Source: Candidatus Hebobacteria bacterium (GTDB lineage Bacteria > Armatimonadota > Hebobacteria > Hebobacterales > Hebobacteraceae). Taken from it: a DNA stretch of 32,443 bases. Numbering within the stretch: position 1 is the stretch's first letter; every line of letters begins with the position of its first letter. The position numbers and the translations under genes are program-made. The stretch covers positions 1 to 32,443 of the forward strand of contig JALGTT010000001.1 of NCBI GenBank assembly GCA_029821235.1, written 5' to 3'. The notes below the pieces were generated by a model that saw nothing but the letters and a program-made list of their open reading frames with translations, was not told the origin of the DNA and searched no databases. Positions 24,587 through 32,063 of the stretch are shown here, piece after piece.

Positions 24587-25496
24587 GTGAACGTAACCGC
24601 GCAAATGTTGTCAGGGATACCCGGGGCGATACTCGCCGTGGTCGTGTTCGTCGGGCTCGCGCCCCTGGCCGAGGGGCTGCTGAGGAAGCTCAAGGCGATC
24701 GTCCACTCCCGCCAGGGCCCGCCCATCATCCAGCCCTACCTCGATCTCGCGAAACTGCTGATCAAAGAGGACCTCGCCCCCTGCACCAACTGGATCTGGC
24801 GGATGGCCCCCGCCCTCTGCCTGGGCGGCACCATCGTGCTCGCCCTCTTCACTCCGCTCGGCGTACGGCCCGCCTTCGGCTTCAGCGGCGATATCCTGGT
24901 CTTCATCTACCTGGCGGCCATCCCGTCCATCGCCATCATCCTCGGCGCCTTCGCCTCCGGCAACCCCTACGCCTATGTGGGCGGGAGCCGCGAGATGATG
25001 GTGATGCTCAGCGTGGAGCCGGTGATGTCCATCGCCCTGCTGGTGGCCGCCATCAAGGCCCAGTCCCTCACCTTTGCCGGCATCCTGGAGAGATCCGCCG
25101 TCGAGCCCTCCATCTCCATGGGGGTCGCCGGGCTCGCCTTCCTGCTCGCCCTGCAGGCCCAGGTCGGCAAACTCCCCTTCGACATGCCGGAGGCCGAGCA
25201 GGAGATCATGGAGGGCCCCTTCATCGAGCGCAGCGGACCGGGGATGGCGCTCTTCCGGTGGGCGATGCACGCGCGGCTCATGATCTTCACCGCCCTCCTG
25301 GTCAGCATCTTCATCCCCTGGCCGCACGTCGCCAACGCGGGCCTCTCCATGCTGCTCACCCTGGCCAAGATGGCGGTGGTGCTCGCCTTGGTCGGGGTGG
25401 TGGACGTGGTCAACCCGCGGCTCCGCATCGACCAATCCATGGCCTACTACGCCCGCATCGGTGGGCGCGTTGATCTTCGCCATTGTGGGCGCCTGA
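24587..25496 (+). CDS. hyfC: NuoH-like membrane subunit (HycD/HyfC-like), apparent 1-nt frameshift near the 3' end
   Basis: GTG start with GAGGAGG 6 nt upstream. HycD-like sequence runs through NPRLRIDQSMAYYARIG (about nt 25460). Read literally, the frame then continues as Arg-rich junk to 25825, across the next gene. The +1 frame from 25461 instead gives VGALIFAIVGA-stop at 25494-25496. The end coordinate assumes that shift. Confidence 0.78.
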
Positions 25497-25511
25497 GGAA
25501 GGACCGACCCG

Positions 25512-25979
25512 ATGATCATCAGCAAACTGAAAGAGGCGATTATCTGCTTCAAGGCGGGCAGGGTCACGCTGCCCTATCCCTTCAAACCGCACGACCCGGC
25601 GGAGAACTTCCGCGGCCGCGTGACCGTGGATGCCGAGAAGTGCATCGGGTGCGCCGGGTGTGCGGAGGTGTGCCCCTCCCGCTGCATCGTGGTCACCGAT
25701 CCGTCTCCCGACAAGCGGGTCCTCGAGTTCTTCCTCGAGCGCTGCACCTACTGCGCGCGCTGCGCAGAGGTCTGCCCCGAGGACGCCGTCACCGCCACCC
25801 AGGAATTCGAGACCGCCACCAATGACACGCAGGACATGCACATCAAGGTGGAGGTCTTCATGAGCACCTGCCGCCGGTGCGGACGCTGCTACGAGCCGCC
25901 CACCCCGCTGGACCGGCCCATGGAGACGGGAATGCGGGAGGCGACGGACGGAAACGGAAGCGGAAACGGGGAAGGCTGA
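25512..25979 (+). CDS. hyfH: 2x[4Fe-4S] ferredoxin subunit (NuoI, HycF/HyfH-like)
   Basis: 155 aa. Motifs CIGCAGCAEVCP and CTYCARCAEVCP, plus a downstream CRRCGRC as in HycF. Confidence 0.88.
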   Translation: MIISKLKEAIICFKAGRVTLPYPFKPHDPAENFRGRVTVDAEKCIGCAGCAEVCPSRCIVVTDPSPDKRVLEFFLERCTYCARCAEVCPEDAVTATQEFETATNDTQDMHIKVEVFMSTCRRCGRCYEPPTPLDRPMETGMREATDGNGSGNGEG

Positions 25980-26641
25980 TGCTGAACGCGAAACTGATCG
26001 AAACCCTCAGTCTCATCATGATCATCACCTCGCTGGTGGCGGTGGAGACCCACAACCTCAAGCGGGCCGCGGCCGCCTACTGCGTGCAGGCCCTGCTGGT
26101 GTGCGGCCTCATCCTCGCCTTTGCCGCCGCCAACCCGGCCCTCTACACGTGGGCCGCGGTGGCCCTGGTGACCAAGGCGATCGCCACCCCGTGGCTGCTG
26201 CTCCACTATGTGGGCAAGACGGGGGTGAGAGAGGCGAAAGCGATCATCGGATTCGGACCCTCCGTGCTGATCGCCTCCCTCCTGCTGATCACCTCCTACA
26301 CCCTCACCCATCGCTACGTGCACTTCCTGGCCCCCACCGCAGAGGCCGCGCAGGGGGTCTTCCGGACCAATCTCGCGGTCAGCATGACGGTGTTCGCGCT
26401 GGGGCTGTACGCCATTCTCTCCCGGCGGGACGCCATCAAGACCGTGATCGGATTGTGTTTGCTGGAAAATGCCATCCACCTCAGCCTGGTCAGCCTCGCC
26501 CCCCACATGCGGGAGACCGCGTTGGTGGGCATCGCCACCGAGGTGGTCATCACCGTTGCCTTGCTGCTCTACGTGATCGCCGGGATCAAGGAGCAGGTGG
26601 GAACCACGGACACCTTCGAACTCTCGGAGTTACACTGGTAG
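25979..26641 (+). CDS. hyfE: HyfE-like small membrane subunit
   Basis: 220 aa polytopic protein. Its ATG overlaps the upstream TGA (TGATG). Size and position match hydrogenase-4 subunit E. The longer ORF starting at 25877 overlaps hyfH and was rejected. Confidence 0.72.
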   Translation: MLNAKLIETLSLIMIITSLVAVETHNLKRAAAAYCVQALLVCGLILAFAAANPALYTWAAVALVTKAIATPWLLLHYVGKTGVREAKAIIGFGPSVLIASLLLITSYTLTHRYVHFLAPTAEAAQGVFRTNLAVSMTVFALGLYAILSRRDAIKTVIGLCLLENAIHLSLVSLAPHMRETALVGIATEVVITVALLLYVIAGIKEQVGTTDTFELSELHW

Positions 26642-26656
26642 AGGAGGGGCGCGCGG

Positions 26657-28270
26657 ATGCCCTTGCACAATGAAGTCGCTTCAGTCTTGCCGCTCGCGCT
26701 GTGTCTCATTCCCGCGGCGCTGGCGCTCGTCACCTATCCTCTGACCCGCGCCGCGCGGGCCCTGGGGCCTGCCCTCAACCTGCTGGGCAGCGCGGTCGCC
26801 ACCGCGCTCGCCGCGGCATTAATGGCCCACACCATGAGGGGCGACGTGCTGGTGGCCCTGGGCCGGGAATTCCGCGCCGATGCGCTCTCCGCCGTCCTGG
26901 TCCTCATCATCAGTTTCATCAGCCTCGCCGCCTCCATCTACGCCATCTCCTACATGCGCTTGGAGCCGCTGCTGGGCCGGGTGGCGCACGAGGAGGGAGA
27001 GGAGCGGGCCGAGCGTCGCCTCGCCACCTTCTACGCCCTCTGGCAGGCCTTCCTCGCCACCATGCTGTGGGCGTGCCTCACCAACAACATCATCGTCCTC
27101 TACGTCTCCGTCGAGGCGAGCACCATCGCCTCCGGCCTGCTGGTCGCCTTCTACTGGGACCGCCGGGCGCTGGAGGCGGCCTACAAATACCTGATGCTGC
27201 TCACCGTGGGCATCGCCTTCGCACTCCTCGGGTGCGTGTTGCTGTACGCCTCCGCCGCACCTCACCTGGCCGACAAGACCGGGCCGGCCGCCATGCTCAT
27301 CAGCGACCTGCCGGCGGCCGCAGCCGCCATCCCCCGCAGCATGGCGTTGCTCATCATGGCCTGCTTCATCGTCGGCTTCGGCACCAAGGCGGGGATCGCC
27401 CCCTTCCACCCCTGGCTGCCGGATGCCCACGCCGAGGCCCCCGGTCCGGTCAGCGCCCTCCTCTCCGGGGTGATGATCAAGATGGCGATCTACGCCCTCG
27501 TCCGCACCCTCGGCGTCTTCTTCCCGATCGCCGCCTACCACCCGGTGTCTGTGTTCTTCATCGGGCTGGCGGCCTTCACCATGCTCCTGGGGGGAATAAT
27601 GTGCCTCGCCCAGGACGACCTGAAGCGGATGCTCGCCTATTCTTCGGTCAGCCAGATGGGCTACATCGCCGCCGGCCTGGGCATCGTCGGGCTGGGCTTC
27701 GGCCGCGAACTGGGATACCTGGCGGGCTACGGCGCCATCTTCCACATTCTCAACCACGCCCTCTCCAAGGCGCTTCTCTTCCTGGTGGTCGGCGCCGTGA
27801 TCTACGTCACCGCCGGCCGTCGCATCAGCCAACTGCACGGGCTCGGGCGGCGGATGCCCGCCACCGCCATCTGCTTCTTCATCGCCGCCCTCGCCATCTC
27901 CGGCGTGCCGCCCTTCAACGGCTTCTGGAGCAAACTCACCATCTACTTCGCGGCGGCCGAGGCGCGGCTGTGGTGGGCGTTCGGCATCGCCCTCGCCACC
28001 AGCCTGCTCACCCTCATCGCCTTCGTGCGCGCCGGCTTCCGGGTCTTCTGGAGCGAGGGCGATTACCCGGAGCCGGAGCCCGCCCGCGAGAACGGGGAGC
28101 AACAGGCCCTCTCCGATGCGGCGAAGGACCCGCTGGAGGGAGATGCGCCGGTGGCTATGCTGATACCGATGGTGGTCCTCGCGGTGCTCTGCGTGGTGAT
28201 CGGGGTGTTCCCCAACCTCGCCTACCCGATCATCGATCCGGCCGCGCGGGCTCTCGCCGCTATCTTTTGA
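26657..28270 (+). CDS. hyfF: antiporter-like membrane subunit (NuoM/N, HyfF-like)
   Basis: 537 aa. PWLPDAHAEAPGPVSALLSGVMIKMAIYALVR motif, with GAGGAGG upstream of the ATG. Confidence 0.85.
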   Translation: MPLHNEVASVLPLALCLIPAALALVTYPLTRAARALGPALNLLGSAVATALAAALMAHTMRGDVLVALGREFRADALSAVLVLIISFISLAASIYAISYMRLEPLLGRVAHEEGEERAERRLATFYALWQAFLATMLWACLTNNIIVLYVSVEASTIASGLLVAFYWDRRALEAAYKYLMLLTVGIAFALLGCVLLYASAAPHLADKTGPAAMLISDLPAAAAAIPRSMALLIMACFIVGFGTKAGIAPFHPWLPDAHAEAPGPVSALLSGVMIKMAIYALVRTLGVFFPIAAYHPVSVFFIGLAAFTMLLGGIMCLAQDDLKRMLAYSSVSQMGYIAAGLGIVGLGFGRELGYLAGYGAIFHILNHALSKALLFLVVGAVIYVTAGRRISQLHGLGRRMPATAICFFIAALAISGVPPFNGFWSKLTIYFAAAEARLWWAFGIALATSLLTLIAFVRAGFRVFWSEGDYPEPEPARENGEQQALSDAAKDPLEGDAPVAMLIPMVVLAVLCVVIGVFPNLAYPIIDPAARALAAIF

Positions 28271-28315
28271 GTGAGTCGTTAGGCGGGCCCCTCCCGCCGC
28301 CAAGTGAGGAAGACG

Positions 28316-28843
28316 ATGGCAATAAGTGATGCGCTGAAGAAACTCTTTCCGAAATCCCTCTGGGTCTACCACGTCAACGTGGGCGCCTGCAACGGGTGCG
28401 ATATCGAGGTGATCAACGTCCTCACCCCGTACTACGACGCGGAGCGCTTCGGCATCAAGTTGGTGAGCTCCCCCCGCCACGCGGACGTCCTGCTCGTGTG
28501 CGGCCCCGTGACCCGCCAGGTGCTGCCCTCCGTCAAGCGCGTGTACGAGGCCACGCCCAGCCCGAAACTGGTCTTCGCCATCGGCTCCTGCGCCTGCGGC
28601 GGAGGCATCTGGCACGATTCCTACAACATCCTCGGCGGGGCCGACAAGGCGCTGCCGGTGGACTACTACATCCCCGGCTGCCCGCCCCGGCCGGAGGCGA
28701 TCCTCTACGGGGTGGCCGTCGCCCTGGGGCTCGCCCCCAAGAAGGCCGCGCCGGTCCACACCAAGCAGAAGTTCCTCGAGATGCTGGAGAAGGGCGAGGT
28801 CCCCGGGCCCCAGCTCGTCGCTCCGCCCGGGGATTCGGAGTAA
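28316..28843 (+). CDS. hyfI: group 4 [NiFe]-hydrogenase small subunit (NuoB, HycG/HyfI-like)
   Basis: 175 aa counted from the ATG at 28316, which has GAGGA 5 nt upstream. The proximal-cluster cysteines are in GACNGCD, GSCACGGG and IPGCPPRPE. Confidence 0.92.
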   Translation: MAISDALKKLFPKSLWVYHVNVGACNGCDIEVINVLTPYYDAERFGIKLVSSPRHADVLLVCGPVTRQVLPSVKRVYEATPSPKLVFAIGSCACGGGIWHDSYNILGGADKALPVDYYIPGCPPRPEAILYGVAVALGLAPKKAAPVHTKQKFLEMLEKGEVPGPQLVAPPGDSE

Positions 28844-28862
28844 GGTCTGCGTCGTCCGGCGG

Positions 28863-28888
28863 ACGCCCTCCGCGCAGGCGGAGGGCGT
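28863..28888 (+). terminator. terminator-like hairpin ending the hydrogenase operon
   Basis: Perfect 11-bp stem (ACGCCCTCCGC / GCGGAGGGCGT) with a GCAG loop, 20 nt after the hyfI-like stop. Only a short T run (TTT) follows. Confidence 0.5.
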
Positions 28889-28913
28889 TTCCGCGTCGAA
28901 TCCTCCCTCCACC

Positions 28914-29696
28914 ATGCTCATCTCCAGCCGCGCCAATGCCCGCATCAAACACCTCCGCCGCCTCCGCACTCGCCGCGGGCGGGAGGAAAGCGATCTCTTC
29001 CTCGCGGAGGGGCTTCGCCTGGCGCGCGACGCGGTGGAGTGCGGGGCAGAGATCGTCTCCCTCGTCATCGCCCCCGCCCTGCTCGACGAGGAAGCCGCGC
29101 AAGAGGTCGCCAGCCTGCGCCAATCCGCGGACGCGGAGGTGCTGGAGGTGACGCCCGAGGTGCTGGAGACGCTCACCCCCCAGGGGGTGGGGGAGGGTGT
29201 GGTGCTGGCCGCGCGCCGCCGGTGGCGGCGGCTGGAGGAGGTCGCGCCTTCGGACCGCTCCCTCTGGGTCGCCGCCCATCGCGTCGAGCACCCCGGCACC
29301 CTGGGGACCATCCTGCGCACCCTGGACGCGGTTGGTGGAGAGGGGCTGATCGTGCTGGATGACTCCGCCGACCCCCACGACCCCGTCGCCGTGAGGGCCA
29401 GCCTGGGCGCGGTCTTCACCCGGCAACTGGTGAGGGCGAGGTGGCCCGAGTTCGCGGAATGGAAGCGCCGGACCGGGTGTCACCTCGTCGGCGCGGCGCC
29501 GAGCGCGGGCGCGGACTACCGCCAGGCGGCCTATCCCCGCCCACTGGTCATCCTCCTCGGCAGCGAACGCGGGGGGCTGTCGGAGGAGCAGACCGCGCTC
29601 TGCGACCAGGTGGTCGCCATCCCCATGCGCGGCCGGGTGGATTCGCTCCACCTCTCGGTGGCGGCCGGGCTGCTTCTGTATCAGGCCGCGGGGTAG
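28914..29696 (+). CDS. TrmH/SpoU-family RNA 2'-O-methyltransferase
   Basis: 260 aa. SpoU motifs HPGTLGTILRT, ILLGSERGGLS and IPMRGRVDSLHLSVAAGLLLY. Confidence 0.85.
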   Translation: MLISSRANARIKHLRRLRTRRGREESDLFLAEGLRLARDAVECGAEIVSLVIAPALLDEEAAQEVASLRQSADAEVLEVTPEVLETLTPQGVGEGVVLAARRRWRRLEEVAPSDRSLWVAAHRVEHPGTLGTILRTLDAVGGEGLIVLDDSADPHDPVAVRASLGAVFTRQLVRARWPEFAEWKRRTGCHLVGAAPSAGADYRQAAYPRPLVILLGSERGGLSEEQTALCDQVVAIPMRGRVDSLHLSVAAGLLLYQAAG

Positions 29697-29716
29697 GGGA
29701 GGGACGCCGGCCGCGC

Positions 29717-30166
29717 TTATCCTCGCTTGCCGAGGACGCGCAGCAACTTCAGCCCCGACTCCTCGTCCAGCGCGCGCTCCGCGGCCGCGCCCAGCAACTC
29801 CACCACGATCACCTCCAGCAGCAGGAACACCGACATCCCCGCCCTGGGGCAGCCGACGAGCGCCCGGTCCCCGCGCCCGATGCCGGCGTGGAAGTGCAGG
29901 GAGGGCTTTCCCTCCTGGGGGAACACCGTGCCCACCCCCACCAGCTCCCGCGCGTCGTCGAATTCCTCATAGTGGGGCACGATGGGACCGGAGGGCTGCT
30001 CCGGCCCGGTGACCACCTTGCCGCGGCGCATTCCCCCGATCGCCAGCACGAAGGCGGAGGCCACCCCCTCCCGCGCGCACACCTCCTCCACCGAAGTATA
30101 GATGGACTCCCCCTCCTCCAGCCGCAACACCAACACCCTTCCCAAACTCGCCGTGCAATACCTCAC
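29717..30166 (-). CDS. PPC (DUF296) domain protein
   Basis: 149 aa. GRVLVLRLEEGESIYTSVEEVCAREGV...LHFHAGIG pattern typical of PPC/DUF296 proteins. Confidence 0.68.
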   Translation of the reverse strand: MRYCTASLGRVLVLRLEEGESIYTSVEEVCAREGVASAFVLAIGGMRRGKVVTGPEQPSGPIVPHYEEFDDARELVGVGTVFPQEGKPSLHFHAGIGRGDRALVGCPRAGMSVFLLLEVIVVELLGAAAERALDEESGLKLLRVLGKRG

Positions 30167-30195
30167 TCTTACCTCCCAATCTCCCGCGCCCGCCT

Positions 30196-30434
30196 GTAGC
30201 GCAGGTCCCCTGACCTGCGCTCCGCCCGCTGGGGCCGACCTTTAGTGGCGCAGGCGCCCCGCCTGCGGCCGTTCTGCCCTGGTCGTTCTGTAGGGCGGGG
30301 TTACCAAACCCCGCCGCAACGATGTGGGAGCCCCGCCTGCCCTCCGAAGCCCATAGCGAAGGATGGTCCTCGGGGCGACACGTCTCGCAGTGCGGCCGTT
30401 CTGTAGGGCGGGCTTTCCCAAGCCCGCCCTACAG
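30196..30434 (+). repeat. cluster of four REP-like GT[AG]G-headed palindromes
   Basis: Four units in the same orientation:
- GTAG at 30196, stem 30198-30207 / 30212-30221.
- GTGG at 30245, stem 30249-30256 / 30260-30267.
- GTAG at 30290, stem 30294-30302 / 30307-30315.
- GTAG at 30403, perfect 14-bp stem 30401-30414 / 30421-30434.
Units 3 and 4 share the prefix TGCGGCCGTTCTGTAGGGCGGG. Confidence 0.55.
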
Positions 30435-30905
30435 TTCCTGCTGAAGCCGCCCCAGCACCTTCATCGCCCTCCGCAACAGGTTCCGCTGATTCTGATGGGT
30501 GAGCAGGGACAGTGCCGTCCGCGCGTCGAACCAGGCCGCCTCCAGCGCGTGCTCCCGGGCGTTCGCGGCCGGCTCGGCCCCGGGGGGAGCGAGGAACAGG
30601 AACCAGTCCACCCGCTTGCGGCAGTGCTGTCCGTCCGCGCGGTATTCATGCTCGGTCTCGCCCAGCGGAGCCACCAGCGACAGCCCAACGAGCCCCACCT
30701 CCTCCTCGATCTCCCTGCGCGCGGCCTCCTCGGGCCGCTCCCCGGGCTCGACTCCGCCCTTGGGGAAGACCCAGGTGCCGTACCCGGAGCGCATCACCAC
30801 CACCTCCCAGGCCCGTTGCCCGCCGCCCGGCTTCTCCGACTTCCTCGCGACCACCCCTCCGGCCGAGTGGAGGTCCCTCCCCTCTCCCTCCGGGGGCGCG
30901 TTCAC
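30429..30905 (-). CDS. NUDIX hydrolase
   Basis: 158 aa from the GTG at 30905, which overlaps the upstream TGA (GTGA). Nudix box GGVEPGERPEEAARREIEEEVGL. The longer ORF to 31244 overlaps the well-supported upstream gene and was rejected. Confidence 0.8.
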   Translation of the reverse strand: MNAPPEGEGRDLHSAGGVVARKSEKPGGGQRAWEVVVMRSGYGTWVFPKGGVEPGERPEEAARREIEEEVGLVGLSLVAPLGETEHEYRADGQHCRKRVDWFLFLAPPGAEPAANAREHALEAAWFDARTALSLLTHQNQRNLLRRAMKVLGRLQQEL

Positions 30906-32056
30906 TGCTTCCGTCCCCAATCCGCGGGGCGCCGCTCCTCCCACGGCGGGGGTGTGGGGATGCCGAAGGTGTCCCGCTTCAAGTCCAGGTAGTAGAGGTA
31001 GTTCTCGAACGTTACATCCGGCGGCACCCGGTGGTCCACGTGCGGAATCCAGCCGCCCTCGCGGACATACGGCTCGATGCGCTTTATCTCTCTGCGGATC
31101 GCCTCTTTGCCCTCGATCAACGCCCGCTTGTTGACCCCGCCCAGCAGCAGCACCTGTTTGCCGTACTTGTCCCGCAGGGCGATCGGGTCGGTCCCCGCCG
31201 CCACCTCCACCGGGAACATGCAATTTACCCCCGCCTCCAGCCACAGCGGCACCAGTTGATTGATATTCCCGTCACAGTCGGTGTAGACGATGTCGCACCC
31301 GTGCTCGTTCAATACCTCGGTGATGCGCCGATAGCGGGGCACCATCAACCGAGCGAAATCGCGCGGCGAGATCATGGGCCCCTGGTTGAAACACATGTCC
31401 TCCCAGCCGGCGCCGAAGTCGAGGTCCACGTGGGGGGCGATGCGGGAGATGACGCGGGTCACCACGCGGGTGATGGTTTCCATCATCTCCTCGAGCAGTT
31501 CGGGATCATCGTAGACCATCATGGTCGCCCCCTCGAACCCCGCCCAATCGCGGATCCATCCGAACAGGCTGCCGATGCTGATGCCCAGCGGATAGTCGCG
31601 CGCGGCCCACTCCCGCTTCAGCCTCTTCAACTCCGCCTCCGGGGGCAGGCGCCCCGGGTCGTCCGGGTCCAGGCGGGGCTTGAAATCCCGCTCCCACGAC
31701 TCCCGGTCCTTCAGCCGGAACTCCAGGAAGTGGGGGATGGTGGACTGGCCGGAGGCGTACACCATGCAGAGCGCGCCGTTCTCGTCCTGGATGAGCAGTT
31801 GCTCGCCCCGCTCCTCGATGACTTTGCGTTCGAACGAAGGAAGCAGGCCGTGGTGAGCGGGCACCTGGGCGCGGGGAGCGAACCCGAAGTAGAGGTCGGC
31901 CTTCTCGTTGTCGTCAATCTCCCTGGGCAGCCCCTGCTCGTGCCAGACCCGGAAGGTGTCGTCCCAGTACCCGAACTCCTCGTCCGGGATATGGTCCACC
32001 GGCTGGAAGTGCAGGGCCGCCAGCCATCTCTCGCGGTGGGTCATCGGGCCCTTCAT
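30902..32056 (-). CDS. uroporphyrinogen decarboxylase (URO-D) family protein
   Basis: 384 aa. N-terminal HRERWLAALHFQPVDHIP and a C-terminal GGWIPHVDHRVPPDV pattern typical of URO-D-like, non-HemE proteins. Confidence 0.75.
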   Translation of the reverse strand: MKGPMTHRERWLAALHFQPVDHIPDEEFGYWDDTFRVWHEQGLPREIDDNEKADLYFGFAPRAQVPAHHGLLPSFERKVIEERGEQLLIQDENGALCMVYASGQSTIPHFLEFRLKDRESWERDFKPRLDPDDPGRLPPEAELKRLKREWAARDYPLGISIGSLFGWIRDWAGFEGATMMVYDDPELLEEMMETITRVVTRVISRIAPHVDLDFGAGWEDMCFNQGPMISPRDFARLMVPRYRRITEVLNEHGCDIVYTDCDGNINQLVPLWLEAGVNCMFPVEVAAGTDPIALRDKYGKQVLLLGGVNKRALIEGKEAIRREIKRIEPYVREGGWIPHVDHRVPPDVTFENYLYYLDLKRDTFGIPTPPPWEERRPADWGRKQ

Positions 32057-32063
32057 CCGCCCA

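Noticed and set aside
25497-25825. Literal C-terminal extension of the NuoH/HycD-like ORF (the ORF track gives 24587-25825).
   Set aside because: The extension is Arg-rich non-membrane sequence overlapping the bona fide ferredoxin gene by 314 nt. It is better explained by a 1-nt frameshift near 25460 (see findings).
25877-25978. Upstream extension of the HyfE-like ORF (the ORF track starts at 25877).
   Set aside because: The extension overlaps the ferredoxin gene and is Arg/Lys/Gly-rich. The ATG at 25979 in the TGATG stop-start overlap yields a protein that begins directly with the first TM helix.
26819-29419. 866-aa minus-strand ORF.
   Set aside because: It is antisense to the hyfF-like, hyfI-like and TrmH genes, and crosses an intergenic terminator. 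It has no recognisable domains.
30906-31244. N-terminal 113 residues of the 271-aa ORF that contains the NUDIX domain.
   Set aside because: This part overlaps the URO-D-family gene in another frame and is Gly/Arg/Pro-rich. A GTG at 30905 overlapping the upstream TGA gives a normal 158-aa NUDIX protein.
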